This document shows positions 16,780-27,500 of a stretch of 64,000 nucleotides of DNA, piece by piece (positions within the stretch are counted from its first letter, which is position 1; every line of letters starts with the position of its first letter). A program made the position numbers and the translations under genes. Below the pieces are notes generated by a model that did not search any database, was not told the DNA's origin, and saw nothing but the letters and a program-made list of their open reading frames with translations. Source of the stretch: Candidatus Krumholzibacteriota bacterium. GTDB lineage: Bacteria; Krumholzibacteriota; Krumholzibacteriia; JAJRXK01. The DNA lies in the NCBI GenBank assembly GCA_963764625.1, contig CAVXTH010000007.1, positions 255,250 through 319,249 on the forward strand. The letters are read 5' to 3'.

Positions 16780-19700
16780 ATGAACCTCGCGTTCCCGCGG
16801 TCCGCGGTCGCCCTTCTGTGCATTCTGGTAACCGCTCGCGTTTCTTCTGCGAATACCAACCATTACAGCGAGACCTTCAACACCACGACCTACGAGGATG
16901 CCGCCAATACGACGGCATGGTGGGATACTGGAACCGGGGAGCTGAAACTCGCCCCGTTCGCGCCCTCGCTCGTCGGCGCCTACGACACCCCGGGCGACGG
17001 GTACAGGGTCGTCGCGGACGGGAACCTTCTTTTCGTGGCGGACGGAGGTGCCGGACTCACGATCGTCGACATGACCAATCCCGCCAGCCCGACGCTGGTC
17101 GGTTCTTACGATACCCCGGGCGTCGCGGCCGATGTCGCGGTCGCGGGGAATCTCGTCTACGTGGCGGATACCGGACAGGGACTGCGGATCATCGACGTCA
17201 CCAATCCCTCCAGCCCGACGCTCGTAGGGACCTTCGGCACGGCCAATAGTGCCTTTGGAGTCGCGGTGAAGGGCAATCTCGTCTTCCTCGCAGTCAACAC
17301 CGCGGGCCTTCAGATCGTCAACGTCGCCAACCCGGCCAGTCCCGTTCTGGTCGGAAGCTACAATACCCCGTACACGGCCTACGACGTGGTGGTGGATGGC
17401 GACTACGCCTTCGTCGCCGACGGGTCGACCTTGCAGATCATCGGCATCGCGAACCCGGCCAGCCCGACGTTGGTCGGGAGCTGCGTGACGACGCCGGGCC
17501 AGGCGATGGAAGTCGCGGTGGACGGCGACTACGCCTTCATCGCCAACTACGCGAACCTCACGATCGTCGACATCACGAATCCGGCGAGCCCGACGGTGGT
17601 GGGTTCCTTCGCCTCGGCTGGGCACGTCAACGGCGTGGCGGTGAGTGGCGACCGGGCGTTCCTGGCCTGCGACATCGAGGGGCTGAAGGTCCTGGATATC
17701 ACGGATCCGTCTGCTCCCACGTTGTCGGAAAGCTACGACACGCCGGCAGTCGCTTACGGCGTCGCCGTATCGGGGACGCGTGCGATCGTCGCCGACGAGT
17801 TCGACGGTCTCCAGATCATTCGCCATGCAAGCGAACTGAATCCCCCACAGGTACTTGGATCCGGCGCGTTGCCATCGTTTACTGGCTTCATGAAGGTGGC
17901 GGGCAATCTCGCGTTCGTGACCGGCGACACCGGTCTCTGGATCCTCGACATCAGCAATCCCGCGGCGCCTTCGCTCGTCGGCAACTACGACGTGACGTAT
18001 CCGCAGCAGGGCGTTGATGTCGACCTGGCCGGCAACATGGCGATTCTCGCCGTCTGGCAGGTGGGCATTCTCACGATCGACATCTCGGATCCCACGAATC
18101 CCAAGCTGCTCGGGACTTGTCCCGGAATCTCGGACCCTCTGGCGGTGGTGGCCGAGGGCAACTTCGCGTACGTGGCGGACAGGGTTTCCGGGCTCGCGAT
18201 CGTCGACATCAGCAACCCGGCGAGCCCAACCCAGGTCGGCAGCTACGACCCGACGACGGGTGGATACGACATTGCCGTGAAGGGGCATCTCGCCTATCTC
18301 GCGGCGGAGTCGTCAGGGCTCCAGATCCTCGATGTCTCGAATCCCACGGCACCGGCGCTCGTCGGTAGCTACGATACCCTACCCGAGCGAGCGGGCGACG
18401 TGGCGGTGGCGGGGGACCTGGCCCTCGTTGGCTGTGCCTCGACCAGCGGAACCTCCGGATCCTTGAAAGTCGTCGATATTACCAGTGCCGCGAGCCCATC
18501 CCTCGTCGGCACCTACTATGTGCCGTCCGGCTACCCGCAGAACGTCACGTCGTACGGCGATCATGTGCTCATGCGCAAGTCCGGCCACCTTTCGCTCCTC
18601 GACCTGAGCAACCCTGCCCTCCCGACCCTCGCGTGGGATTTGGCAAGCGGCCCCACTCTGGGAAACCCCTATTCGTTTGCAGTCGCGGGAGAAATCGCCT
18701 ATGTCACGACTTACTGGACCCAGGATGCATTGACGACGCTCCAGATTGCTCAGCACGATTTCGACGCGGTCCACAATGCCGCCCGCTCGCTCACGGTCGA
18801 CCCGGACGCCACCCCCATCGTGTGTGCGCAAGTTTCCGCCACGCAGAACGCCGAGGTCGACTGGGAGATCAGCAACGACGCCGGAGCTTCGTGGGCCAAC
18901 ACGACTCCCGACAACTCGTGGCTGCGCTTTGGAACGGCTTCCTCGGGCCTGCAGTGGCGCACGACACACTACTGGGCCATGGCTGGCGTCAATCCCTCCG
19001 TCTCCGACGTGTCGATCGACTGGCGCTACCAGGGGGCTATCGATCCAGTCCGTCACCGACGTGCCCGGCGACCAGGGGGGTAGGGTCTACGTCGACTGGC
19101 TACGTTCCGGGTACGATTTCGCCGACGAGACGCAGTTCCCGATCTCCGGCTACAACCTCTACCGCCGCGTCTCCGGCACCGCGATCGCGGCGGCCGCGGC
19201 GAGCGCGAGCGTTCAGCCGGCGAGCGAGCTCCTGACGCCCGATGGCAAGACGGCGTGGCCGCTGTCCGGAGCCGAGGTATTCACGGTGGGCGGGCGTACT
19301 TATGTTCAAGGAACTGGGATCGGGAAGACGAGCACCGCCACCTTCCCGACCGGCACGTGGGTGCTGGTCGGAAGCGCGTTCGCGACCCAGAGCGACGCGT
19401 ACGAGATGGAAGTGACGACCGAGGCGGATTCAAGCGTGTGGGGCATCAACGACGCCGTGTTCCTCGTGACCGCGCATACCACGGCGCCTTCGATCTGGTA
19501 TGTGAGCGAACCCGACAGCGGGCACTCGGTGGACAACATCGCGCCCGCCGTACCAACCAACTTCGCGGTGGCCTACAACACCGGCAGCGGCAATTCGCTC
19601 TCGTGGGACCCGTCGCCCGACGCGGACTTCCAGTACTTCCGCGTGTATCGCTCCTCCGATCCGACCTTCGTGCCGACGCCCGCGTCGCTCGCGCAGGAAA

Positions 19701-20122
19701 CGGTGTCGCCGTCCTGGGTGGATCCCGATAACAACGGGGCCGGCATCTACTACAAGGTGACGGCGCTCGACTACGACGGGAACGAGAGCGATCCCGCCGA
19801 GGCGGGAACCGTCACTGCGGTCGAGGGAAGGGGTATATCCCGGAGCTTTGCTCTCTATCCCAACGTACCCAACCCGTTCAACCCCAGGACGGAGATCGCC
19901 TTCGACGTACCGGTGAATGGGGGGGCGGTTTCGCTGGTGGTCTACGATGCGTCCGGGCGGCTCGTGAAGACCCTCGTTCAGGGAACGCTGCCCGCGGGAC
20001 GGCACACGGCCGAATGGGACTGCCACGACGCGGCGGAACGGCCGGTAGCGTCAGGGGTCTACTTCTACCGCCTCACGGCTCGAGGGGTCGACCTGCGGAA
20101 GAAAATGGTGCTGCTGAAGTGA
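16780..20122 (+). pseudogene. Secreted LVIVD-repeat protein with FN3-like and FlgD/T9SS-like CTD, split by a one-base frameshift near 19032-19039
   Basis: Signal peptide; many GL.IVD.SNP..P.LVG.YDT repeats; frame changes between WRYQG and SIQSVTDVPGDQGG; ends PNPFNP...KKMVLLK. Confidence 0.8.
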
Positions 20123-20170
20123 AATTGAACGGAAGCGGTCAAGCATCGCTCGTGATACCGCCGCTCTGAT

Positions 20171-20194
20171 GTTCGAATCCTGCCGGGCGCGCCA
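20171..20194 (+). repeat. att-like copy of the tRNA-Arg 3' end
   Basis: 24/24 identity to 16518-16541. Confidence 0.9.
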
Positions 20195-20384
20195 TACGTT
20201 CCAAGGCGCTAGCAAACTGCCGAATCGCGCGATAGGCGCCCAAAGATCACTCTCCGGCCCTGATTCCCGGTATCCACTCCACCGTAGAAAACAGGACGGC
20301 ACCTTGCCATTTCCTGGCTGCCGGGTGTTTCCCTTTCGAACGCATGCTCGTCTCTCCACCGAGCACGTCTCGAAAGGACACGCC

Positions 20385-22412
20385 ATGCCCAGGCATACCC
20401 CGCTCATCATCGCTCTCTCTACCGTCCTCCTGTTCGCAGCGTCCGCGGTGAACGCCCAGCCCCAGACGGTGAGCTACCAGGGTGAGCTAAAAACGAACGG
20501 CCAACCCTTCAGTGGCGTGGCCAACTTCAAGTTCGCCATCGTCGAATCCTCCGGAACCACGCTCTGGTCGAACGACAATACGAGTTCGACTGGCAACGAA
20601 CCCACCTCGTCGACGCCGCTCAACGTCGACAACGGCATCTTCAGCGTGCAATTGGGAGACCCATCTTTGGGCCAAACTCCGATTTCCGCCGATGGATTCG
20701 CGCTCAACGGCCAGCCCTTCCTCCGGATCTGGGTGGATACTGGTTCTGGATTCGAGCAGCTCAGTGATGCGCCCATCTCGGGCACGCCCTACGCGCTCGT
20801 GTCCGACATCGCGAGCCGTGCCCTGACAGACTTCGATGTGCCGCAGACGCTGACGGCCGGCATCGTCTCCACGGGGGAATTCGCGATGCAAAGCGGCGCG
20901 TCGGCGGGCTACGTGCTCACCTGCGATCAAAACGGGAACGGCAACTGGCAACCAGCTCCCTCGGGTGGCAGCGACAACGATTGGCTGTTTCTAGGCAACG
21001 ACCTGGCCGCCAACGTGATCGGAAACGTGGGCATCGGGATCGTGAACCCCTCGGCCAAGCTCCACGTCTTGGGCACGAGTCGCTTCGAGGTCACACCGGG
21101 GCAGTGGATCGAAGCATCCACACCTCAGGGTTCACCGGGATTCATCGCTTCCGCACCCAACTCGCACCGGCGCGACATCCGCTTCGACGATCAGGGACTG
21201 CGTCTGTTGGTAGGTGACTCATCTTCAGCCCCCTCCGATAGTTCGGGTCTGGTCATCGACGAGCTGGGCTTGGTGGGAATCGGAACGGCAAACCCGACCA
21301 CGCTCCTCGATGTCAGCGGCATCACTCGTTCGGATGAGTTGTGGCTCGGGATACGCCAAGGCTTTGGGCCGCGCATGATCCTGGGCGGAGACGGGATCTT
21401 GGGCGGGCTCTTGTTCGTTCGCAACGCGGACACGATCAACTACGGCGTGAGCATACGAGGTGGAATCCGCGGCGGCGGCGGCTCCGTCACGGTCAGCAAT
21501 CAGGGGGGCACCAATACCGTCGAGCTCTATGGCGAGCAGAGCTACGGCGGTCGCGTCGCAGTTGGCAACGGCGCGGGCGACACTGGTTTCATCGATGGAA
21601 ACGTGGGCGGCGGTGCGCAGCTTCGCCTGACAAACGACAACTGGGACACAACCTTCAGCGTCACCGGTCAGGCCTATAGTTCTGGCAGCCAGACCCGCAT
21701 GTACGACTCGAGCGGCACGCTGCGGCACGAGTGGACCGCCGGAAACAGCGAGTGGAAGAGCTTCGATTCCTCGGGAAATCTAAGGATCCAGAGCTCCGGC
21801 GCCGGAGCAGGCGGCACCATGACCTACTACCAGTCCAGTGGGCAGGGCGGTGTTCGCGTCAGCGGGGACTACATCAATCTCGGTGGGCGAATCCAGATCT
21901 ACGACTCCTCGGGAACGGAAAGCGCGACGATCCTCGGAGAGGACTCCTCGGGGGGAAGCCGCGTCATCGCCGGCACCTTCGAGGTGAACAATGGGTCGGA
22001 TCTCTCCGAGAGCTTCGACATCAATGGCGACACGGAAGTCGAGCCGGGAATGGTGGTCTGCATCGACCCAGACGACGTTGGCAGACTCATCGAGAGTCGT
22101 GAGCCTTATCAGCACACGGTGGCTGGCATCGTCAGCGGCGCGGGGGGAATCAAACCGGGAATGCTCATGGGCCAGCAAGGCAGCGTCGCCGATGGAAAGC
22201 ACCCCGTGGCATTGACAGGCCGCGTCTGGACCTGGTGCGACGCGAGTTCGGCCCCGATCGAGCCTGGTGATCTGTTGACGACCTCCGCCACGCCGGGCCA
22301 TGCCATGAAAGTCACCGATCACGAGCGCTCGAATGGCGCGATCCTGGGCAAAGCGATGTCGAGCTTGCGCTCCGGGCGCGGTATGGTCCTCGTTCTCGTG
22401 GGCCTGCAGTAG
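20385..22412 (+). CDS. Secreted fibre-like protein: YQG N-domain, GNVGIG repeats, C-terminal chaperone-like (peptidase G2-like) domain
   Basis: Signal peptide ending VNA; VSYQGEL; GNVGIG and GLVGIGT; DLSESF..EPGMVV..PVALTGRV..GDLLTTS..GHAMK..ILGKA. Confidence 0.65.
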   Translation: MPRHTPLIIALSTVLLFAASAVNAQPQTVSYQGELKTNGQPFSGVANFKFAIVESSGTTLWSNDNTSSTGNEPTSSTPLNVDNGIFSVQLGDPSLGQTPISADGFALNGQPFLRIWVDTGSGFEQLSDAPISGTPYALVSDIASRALTDFDVPQTLTAGIVSTGEFAMQSGASAGYVLTCDQNGNGNWQPAPSGGSDNDWLFLGNDLAANVIGNVGIGIVNPSAKLHVLGTSRFEVTPGQWIEASTPQGSPGFIASAPNSHRRDIRFDDQGLRLLVGDSSSAPSDSSGLVIDELGLVGIGTANPTTLLDVSGITRSDELWLGIRQGFGPRMILGGDGILGGLLFVRNADTINYGVSIRGGIRGGGGSVTVSNQGGTNTVELYGEQSYGGRVAVGNGAGDTGFIDGNVGGGAQLRLTNDNWDTTFSVTGQAYSSGSQTRMYDSSGTLRHEWTAGNSEWKSFDSSGNLRIQSSGAGAGGTMTYYQSSGQGGVRVSGDYINLGGRIQIYDSSGTESATILGEDSSGGSRVIAGTFEVNNGSDLSESFDINGDTEVEPGMVVCIDPDDVGRLIESREPYQHTVAGIVSGAGGIKPGMLMGQQGSVADGKHPVALTGRVWTWCDASSAPIEPGDLLTTSATPGHAMKVTDHERSNGAILGKAMSSLRSGRGMVLVLVGLQ

Positions 22413-22582
22413 CCCCGCACGAAGTCGATTTCCAGAGTGAACTCCCCTGGTTCCTTGTCGGCCAACAGGAATCCGATCTGTTGGATGTTCTCGGGAATGA
22501 GGGGGGATGCATCTCGGACGGTGCGTCCTCGAAAGGTTGGCTCGAACTCATGGAAGAGCACTCGAGTGGTCGTCCATTCACC
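22409..22582 (-). pseudogene. C-terminal remnant of a CIA30-family gene
   Basis: GEWTTTRVLFHEFEPTFRGRTVRDASPLIPENIQQIGFLLADKEPGEFTLEIDFVRGY; no N-terminal part visible. Confidence 0.7.
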
Positions 22583-22777
22583 GGCTAGGGATTTCTGCGC
22601 TACTGCGAAGGCCCTCACTCCGGAAGCCGTGGCCCCATCGACTGCTGGAGTGGTGGCGGTGGCGGCCTCGGTGCCGCCCTGCGAGCCCCGGAACGAGAGA
22701 GTATAGCTTCCGGGCGCGCCAAGGACTTACCCTGGTATCGCAGATACCAGAGAGAAACGGGGTCCTCGGATCATCCC

Positions 22778-22829
22778 GCCCGAGATGCCAAGCCAGCGCT
22801 ACCTCAGGCCGATGGCGATGAAATCCATG
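22778..22829. repeat. 52-bp direct repeat, copy 1 (3' end of fibre gene)
   Basis: 48/52 identical to 32049-32100. Confidence 0.9.
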
Positions 22830-23905
22830 GGTTTGTCCACGTAGTTCGATCCCTCTCGCACGGTGAACCACACCTGCGTCGTCGAAGTGAACGAGATATT
22901 GACATGTGGGTCCGTTCCCCCGTCGAGCTCCGGTGTCGCGGTGACGACCGGCAGCGCGGGGAACGAGGACGCAAAGATCACCCGGTATTGCCCCGTTCCC
23001 ACGTGATTGACCGAGAACCCTGTGCCCGAGCTGATGGTGCCGAGTCCGTTGAATCGACCGCGAATGATGCGGACGTTCTCCTCGCTGCCTGGCGCATAGT
23101 ATTCGCCGCTACCACCGAGCTTGATGTCGCCGCGCACGTCGAGCTTAACGGTGGGTGCGGTCGTGCCGATGCCGACATTGCCGCCAGAGGTAGCGTTGAG
23201 AACACGGCCGGCAGGGGTAGCCAGAGTCACATCGCCTGCGTCGCAGGAAAGCACGATACCGTTGTCGAAGCTGCTTCCATCGCCGACATAGCCGATTCGG
23301 GTTCCCGTCGCGTCGTCGAAGCCTATCCAAGCAAGATTGTCTATGCCGACCGACGGACCGTCGATGCGAATGCCCTCTTCAGCGCCGTCGATATGGAGAG
23401 TGGTCTGGGGAGCCGTCGTACCGATACCGACATTGCCGGCATCATCCACGTATACGGCGTTGGCGGGTGATCCATCTGCGGCATCAAGCGCGAAGGCTGA
23501 CTTGGCATGGTCCGCCAGTGGTGCCGCCGTGAGCTGCTGACGCGGCGACAGCACGGTAAACCCGGTCGCATTTCCGCAGTTGAGTCCCGTATCTTGCCGA
23601 ACTTCGATTTCCAGGTACAGATCCAGGTCCGTTGCGAACTGCTGTCCGAAATCTAGCTGTTGGGTGAAGACTCCCGCGGCGACGGTCACGTTGTCCGCAC
23701 ACAGGGTCGTTCCCACTTGCGTCCCGCCGGCATCCGCATCGAAGAGGCTGAAGCGCAGGTCGTAAAGTCCGTCGGCCGGCGCATCGTCCTGGTGAAGCTG
23801 TCCCTGGTAGGTGAAGGCCGTACTCAGCGCGAACGCGCGGGAGCCGATGACGACAAGCGTCATCGTCATGAGAAGAATGAAAACTCTCGAGCCGAACTTA
23901 TCCAC
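22799..23905 (-). CDS. Secreted fibre-like protein: YQG N-domain, GNVGIGT repeats, lectin-like tip
   Basis: Signal ending AFA; AFTYQGQL..G.YDLRFSLFD; LSPRQQLTAAPLA; two GNVGIGTTAP; ends F...P.V.AT...DFIAIG; AGGAG RBS. Confidence 0.7.
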   Translation of the reverse strand: MDKFGSRVFILLMTMTLVVIGSRAFALSTAFTYQGQLHQDDAPADGLYDLRFSLFDADAGGTQVGTTLCADNVTVAAGVFTQQLDFGQQFATDLDLYLEIEVRQDTGLNCGNATGFTVLSPRQQLTAAPLADHAKSAFALDAADGSPANAVYVDDAGNVGIGTTAPQTTLHIDGAEEGIRIDGPSVGIDNLAWIGFDDATGTRIGYVGDGSSFDNGIVLSCDAGDVTLATPAGRVLNATSGGNVGIGTTAPTVKLDVRGDIKLGGSGEYYAPGSEENVRIIRGRFNGLGTISSGTGFSVNHVGTGQYRVIFASSFPALPVVTATPELDGGTDPHVNISFTSTTQVWFTVREGSNYVDKPMDFIAIGLR

Positions 23906-23943
23906 GACGTACTCCTATTGCTGATTGTGTCTTTCCGCTAGTG

Positions 23944-24534
23944 TTACTTGACGAGCAGTGCCTTTTGAGTGGCCTGGCGCCCGTCTGCGTCGATGCCCAC
24001 GATGTAGGTTCCGCTCGCCACCGTCGCACCATTGCCGTCTGTGCCGTCCCAGTGGCTGAGGTGATGTCCAGCGAGGAAAGTACCCGCTTCGAGAACGCGC
24101 ACGAGTTCGCCCCGCAAGTTGTAGACCTTCAAACTGACCCTGCCGGGATGGGGGAGGTCGAACGCGATCTGCGTGCTAGGGTTGAAGGGATTGGGTGTGG
24201 CCTGGTAGAGGCGAAACGCGAGGGATACTGCCCCACCAGGACCCCCAGGCAGATCGCTTACTGCCGTGGCGACCATGGACCCGCCACCGTACCAAAATCC
24301 TCCCTCCAGGACGAACGTATCACCCGCGAGCACACCTGCATCGGGCTGGCCGATCGTTCCGCCGAGCGAGAAGGGACCGCCCGTCGCCGCGGTAACGCCT
24401 CCGCCGTCGATCGTGCTCCATGTCAGATCGAATGCACTACCCGACTGGCCAAAGGAGAGTGACGGTATGCCCGTCGTCAGGAGTAGGGCCAGCACGAACG
24501 CAGCCAGCCACATGATCCTCATCTGTCTTGTCAC
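23944..24534 (-). CDS. Secreted GGFW-domain protein with FlgD/T9SS-like CTD
   Basis: AGGAGG RBS before GTG; signal peptide; FDLTWSTIDGGG...GTIGQPDAG...LEGGFW; PNPFNP...WDGTD..G..VASGTY. Confidence 0.8.
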   Translation of the reverse strand: MTRQMRIMWLAAFVLALLLTTGIPSLSFGQSGSAFDLTWSTIDGGGVTAATGGPFSLGGTIGQPDAGVLAGDTFVLEGGFWYGGGSMVATAVSDLPGGPGGAVSLAFRLYQATPNPFNPSTQIAFDLPHPGRVSLKVYNLRGELVRVLEAGTFLAGHHLSHWDGTDGNGATVASGTYIVGIDADGRQATQKALLVK

Positions 24535-24566
24535 CACAATGCCTCCTGTAAGGACGCCTTCATTCG

Positions 24567-27500
24567 TTACCGCACCAGCAACATCTTCCGAGCTCCTACG
24601 CCACGTACACCCTCGAGGCGGTAAAGGTACACTCCGCTGGAGAGTGCTTTGCCGCGTCCATCGCGGCCATCCCACTCCACGCGGTAGGTTCCTGCCTCGC
24701 GGGGTCCTTGGTCCAGCCGAGCGACCCTCCGTCCGGCAGTGTCGTAGATGTCCAGAACCACCGCCTCCAATTGCTCACCAAGGGTGTATTCGATGCTGGT
24801 CTTTGGGTTGAACGGATTGGGGAAGTTCTGCGCCAGCGTTGTGCGGAGAAGGGGAATCGTCACCGTCACGGTAGTTGAGCGCTGTTCATCCCCGCCGGTC
24901 GTCTGGACCGCCAGTTGGTATTCGTAGGTGCCTCCGATGGCGACGCCCTCATCGAGGTAGATACCGGACGACTCTTGCATGCGCCCGCTCGCAATCGCGA
25001 CGTCCTGTGCTCCAGGCATATCTCGCCGATATAAAACATATCTTTCTCGCGGGTCGTTGCTCCACACGTCCCAGCGAAGTTCGACGACGCGTTGCCGTGG
25101 ACGTGCCTCGAAGTTCGCGAAGCGCACGGGAACCTGCGTATCGGAGAAATGCGCGATGAAGATGTTGCCGCCGAGCGGACCGCCGCCAAAATCTATGGAG
25201 TCGGTATTGTGTCCCAGCACAGAGACTCGATCCGAGCCATCGATCGCCACTGAAGTCGGAAGCTGTTCGTAGAGTCCTTCGTAGCGTTCGCTCCAGAGGT
25301 GGATTCCATCGGAGTCAAAGGCGGCGAGAAAAACGCTGTCACTCCCAGTGCCCGCCAGCGGACCCCCGCCGAAGTCTACCGCACCGTTCATCGAGCCAGT
25401 CAAGACGACCGTACCCGCTGCATTCGCGGTGATTGCCGGTGAGTGTTCGTAGAAGTGGCTGCCGAAACCGCGACTCCAGCGGTGATTCCCATTTGAGTCG
25501 AACGATGCCACAAAGATGTCATCGAAACCCGCGGTATTCAGCGGGCCTCCGCCGAAATCTACGCTGCCTTGGAATGTTCCCGTGATGATGACGTTTCCCG
25601 CTCCATCCGTGGCGACCGAAGCCGCCTGCTGCGGCTCACTGTCCCCGTACTCATGACTCCAGCGGTGGTTGCCATTGGCGTCGAAGGACGCGACGAACAC
25701 ATCCTGGTCTCCCGCGCTGGTCAGCGGGCCTCCGCCAAAATCTATACTGCCGGACAGTGAACCAGCGAGTACGACATTTCCCTGGGGATCGACGGCAACT
25801 CCATGTGTCGTCTGCTCTCCGATGCCCACAAAACGTTTGCTCCAAAGATGGTTCCCGTCGGCATCGAAGCTGGCCACGAAAATGTCTTGGCTCGAATCTG
25901 TCGCGGATAGGTTGCCACCGCCGAAGTCAACGTCCCCCACCAGGGAACCCGCGAGGACGACTCTTCCTGCCGCGGCTGTGGCGACAAACGCCAAGATCCT
26001 TGAAGTCGCATCGCCGAAACCTCGGCTCCATTGATGATTTCCGTCACCGTCAAACTTCGCCAGATAGATACTCTCGCCTGGGCTCGTGAGTTCACCCCCA
26101 CCGAAATCCACGCTGCTCCGGAAGCTTCCCGAGAGGATCACATTACCCACACCGTCCACTGCCACGGCTCGACCGGTCTGGGTTCCGCCGTCGCCGAAGC
26201 GCCGGTTCCACAGCGCGTTCCCGTTCTCATCGAACTTGGCGACGAAGACATCGTAGCCCAGACCACCCGGGAGTACGCCCGTACCGAAATCGACGCTCAG
26301 TTGACACCCCCCAGTGATCACGAGATTGTGAGCACCATCGATCGCCATGGTGCCCGAGTATCCGTACCCGGTCAGCTGGCCCACTCGAAAACTCCATTGA
26401 TGGCTGCCGCCGTCGTCCAGTTCCGCCACGAAGCCGTGATCGCTGTGTCCGGCTGCTATAGACCCACCCCCCACATCCACACTGTCACTGAACCCTCCGC
26501 TAAAGACGACCTTTCCGGAATCAGCTGCGGCAATGGAAGTGCCCAATGAGTACTTGGGTCCTGCAAAGCCCTTGCTGAAGCGATGCATACCGTCGCGGTC
26601 GAATGAAGCGATGAAGAGTTCTTCGGCACTCGGGCTCGTCAGGAGGCCCCCACCGAAGTCGACACTTTCCTCGAAGAAGCCCGAGATGGTGATGTTGTCG
26701 GAGGAATCAATGGTCATTGCCGAGCCGAGTTGGTCGCTACCACCCGAAAATGACTTACTCCAACGATGATTGCCATCGCCGTCGAAGGAGGCTAGATAGG
26801 CATCGGCCGCATCTACGCTCACGAGCGTGCCGCCTCCGAAATCGACACTGCCGTTGAAGTAGCCCGTCAGGACAACGTTCTCCGACCCGTCCACGGCGAT
26901 TCCATAGCAACGCTGGTACTCCGCATCGCCGAACTGTCGGCTCCAGAGGTGATTGCCCTGGTCGTCGTACTTGGCCAGAAAGATGTCGTCGCCGCCGGCG
27001 CTGGTGAGCAGCCCATCGCCGAGGTCCATGCTCCCTGAGAACTCACCGGCGATGATGACGTTACCGGAAGCGTCCATCGCCACAGTGTTGCAGCGCTGGA
27101 AGGTGTCGTCACCGGCGCTTCGGCTCCAGAGGTGGCTTCCGTCTGCGTCGAATTCGACGACGAAGATATTGATCTGTGCCCCGCTGACGAGTGGACTGCC
27201 TCCAAAATCCAAGGTGCCGTTGAAGTAGCCAACGACGGCGATGTTGTTCGCGTCGTCAGCCGCGACGGCGATGCCATACTGATTTTTACTGTCGCCGAAT
27301 CGCTTGCTCCACTGGTGGTTACCGTCTGGGTCGAACTTTGCGACGAAGATATCATCGTTGCCGGCGCTTGTCAGAATCCCGCCACCGAAGTCAACGCCAT
27401 ACCGAAACTGTCCTACGATGATGATGTTGCCCGATCCATCCACAGCCACGGAATTACAGAACTCGTAGCCGAACCCTCCAAATGACCGGCTCCAAAGGTA

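Larger units (their letters stand above)
16542..20194. mobile_element. Integrase-less islet bounded by the tRNA-Arg 3' end and its 24-bp copy
   Basis: GTTCGAATCCTGCCGGGCGCGCCA at 16518-16541 and 20171-20194; cargo is one gene. Confidence 0.7.

Noticed and set aside
16687-18288. 533-aa antisense ORF with repeats
   Set aside because: Mirror of the LVIVD gene, caused by high-GC codon bias; the same applies to 52014-53654, 44700-46007 and 54620-55957
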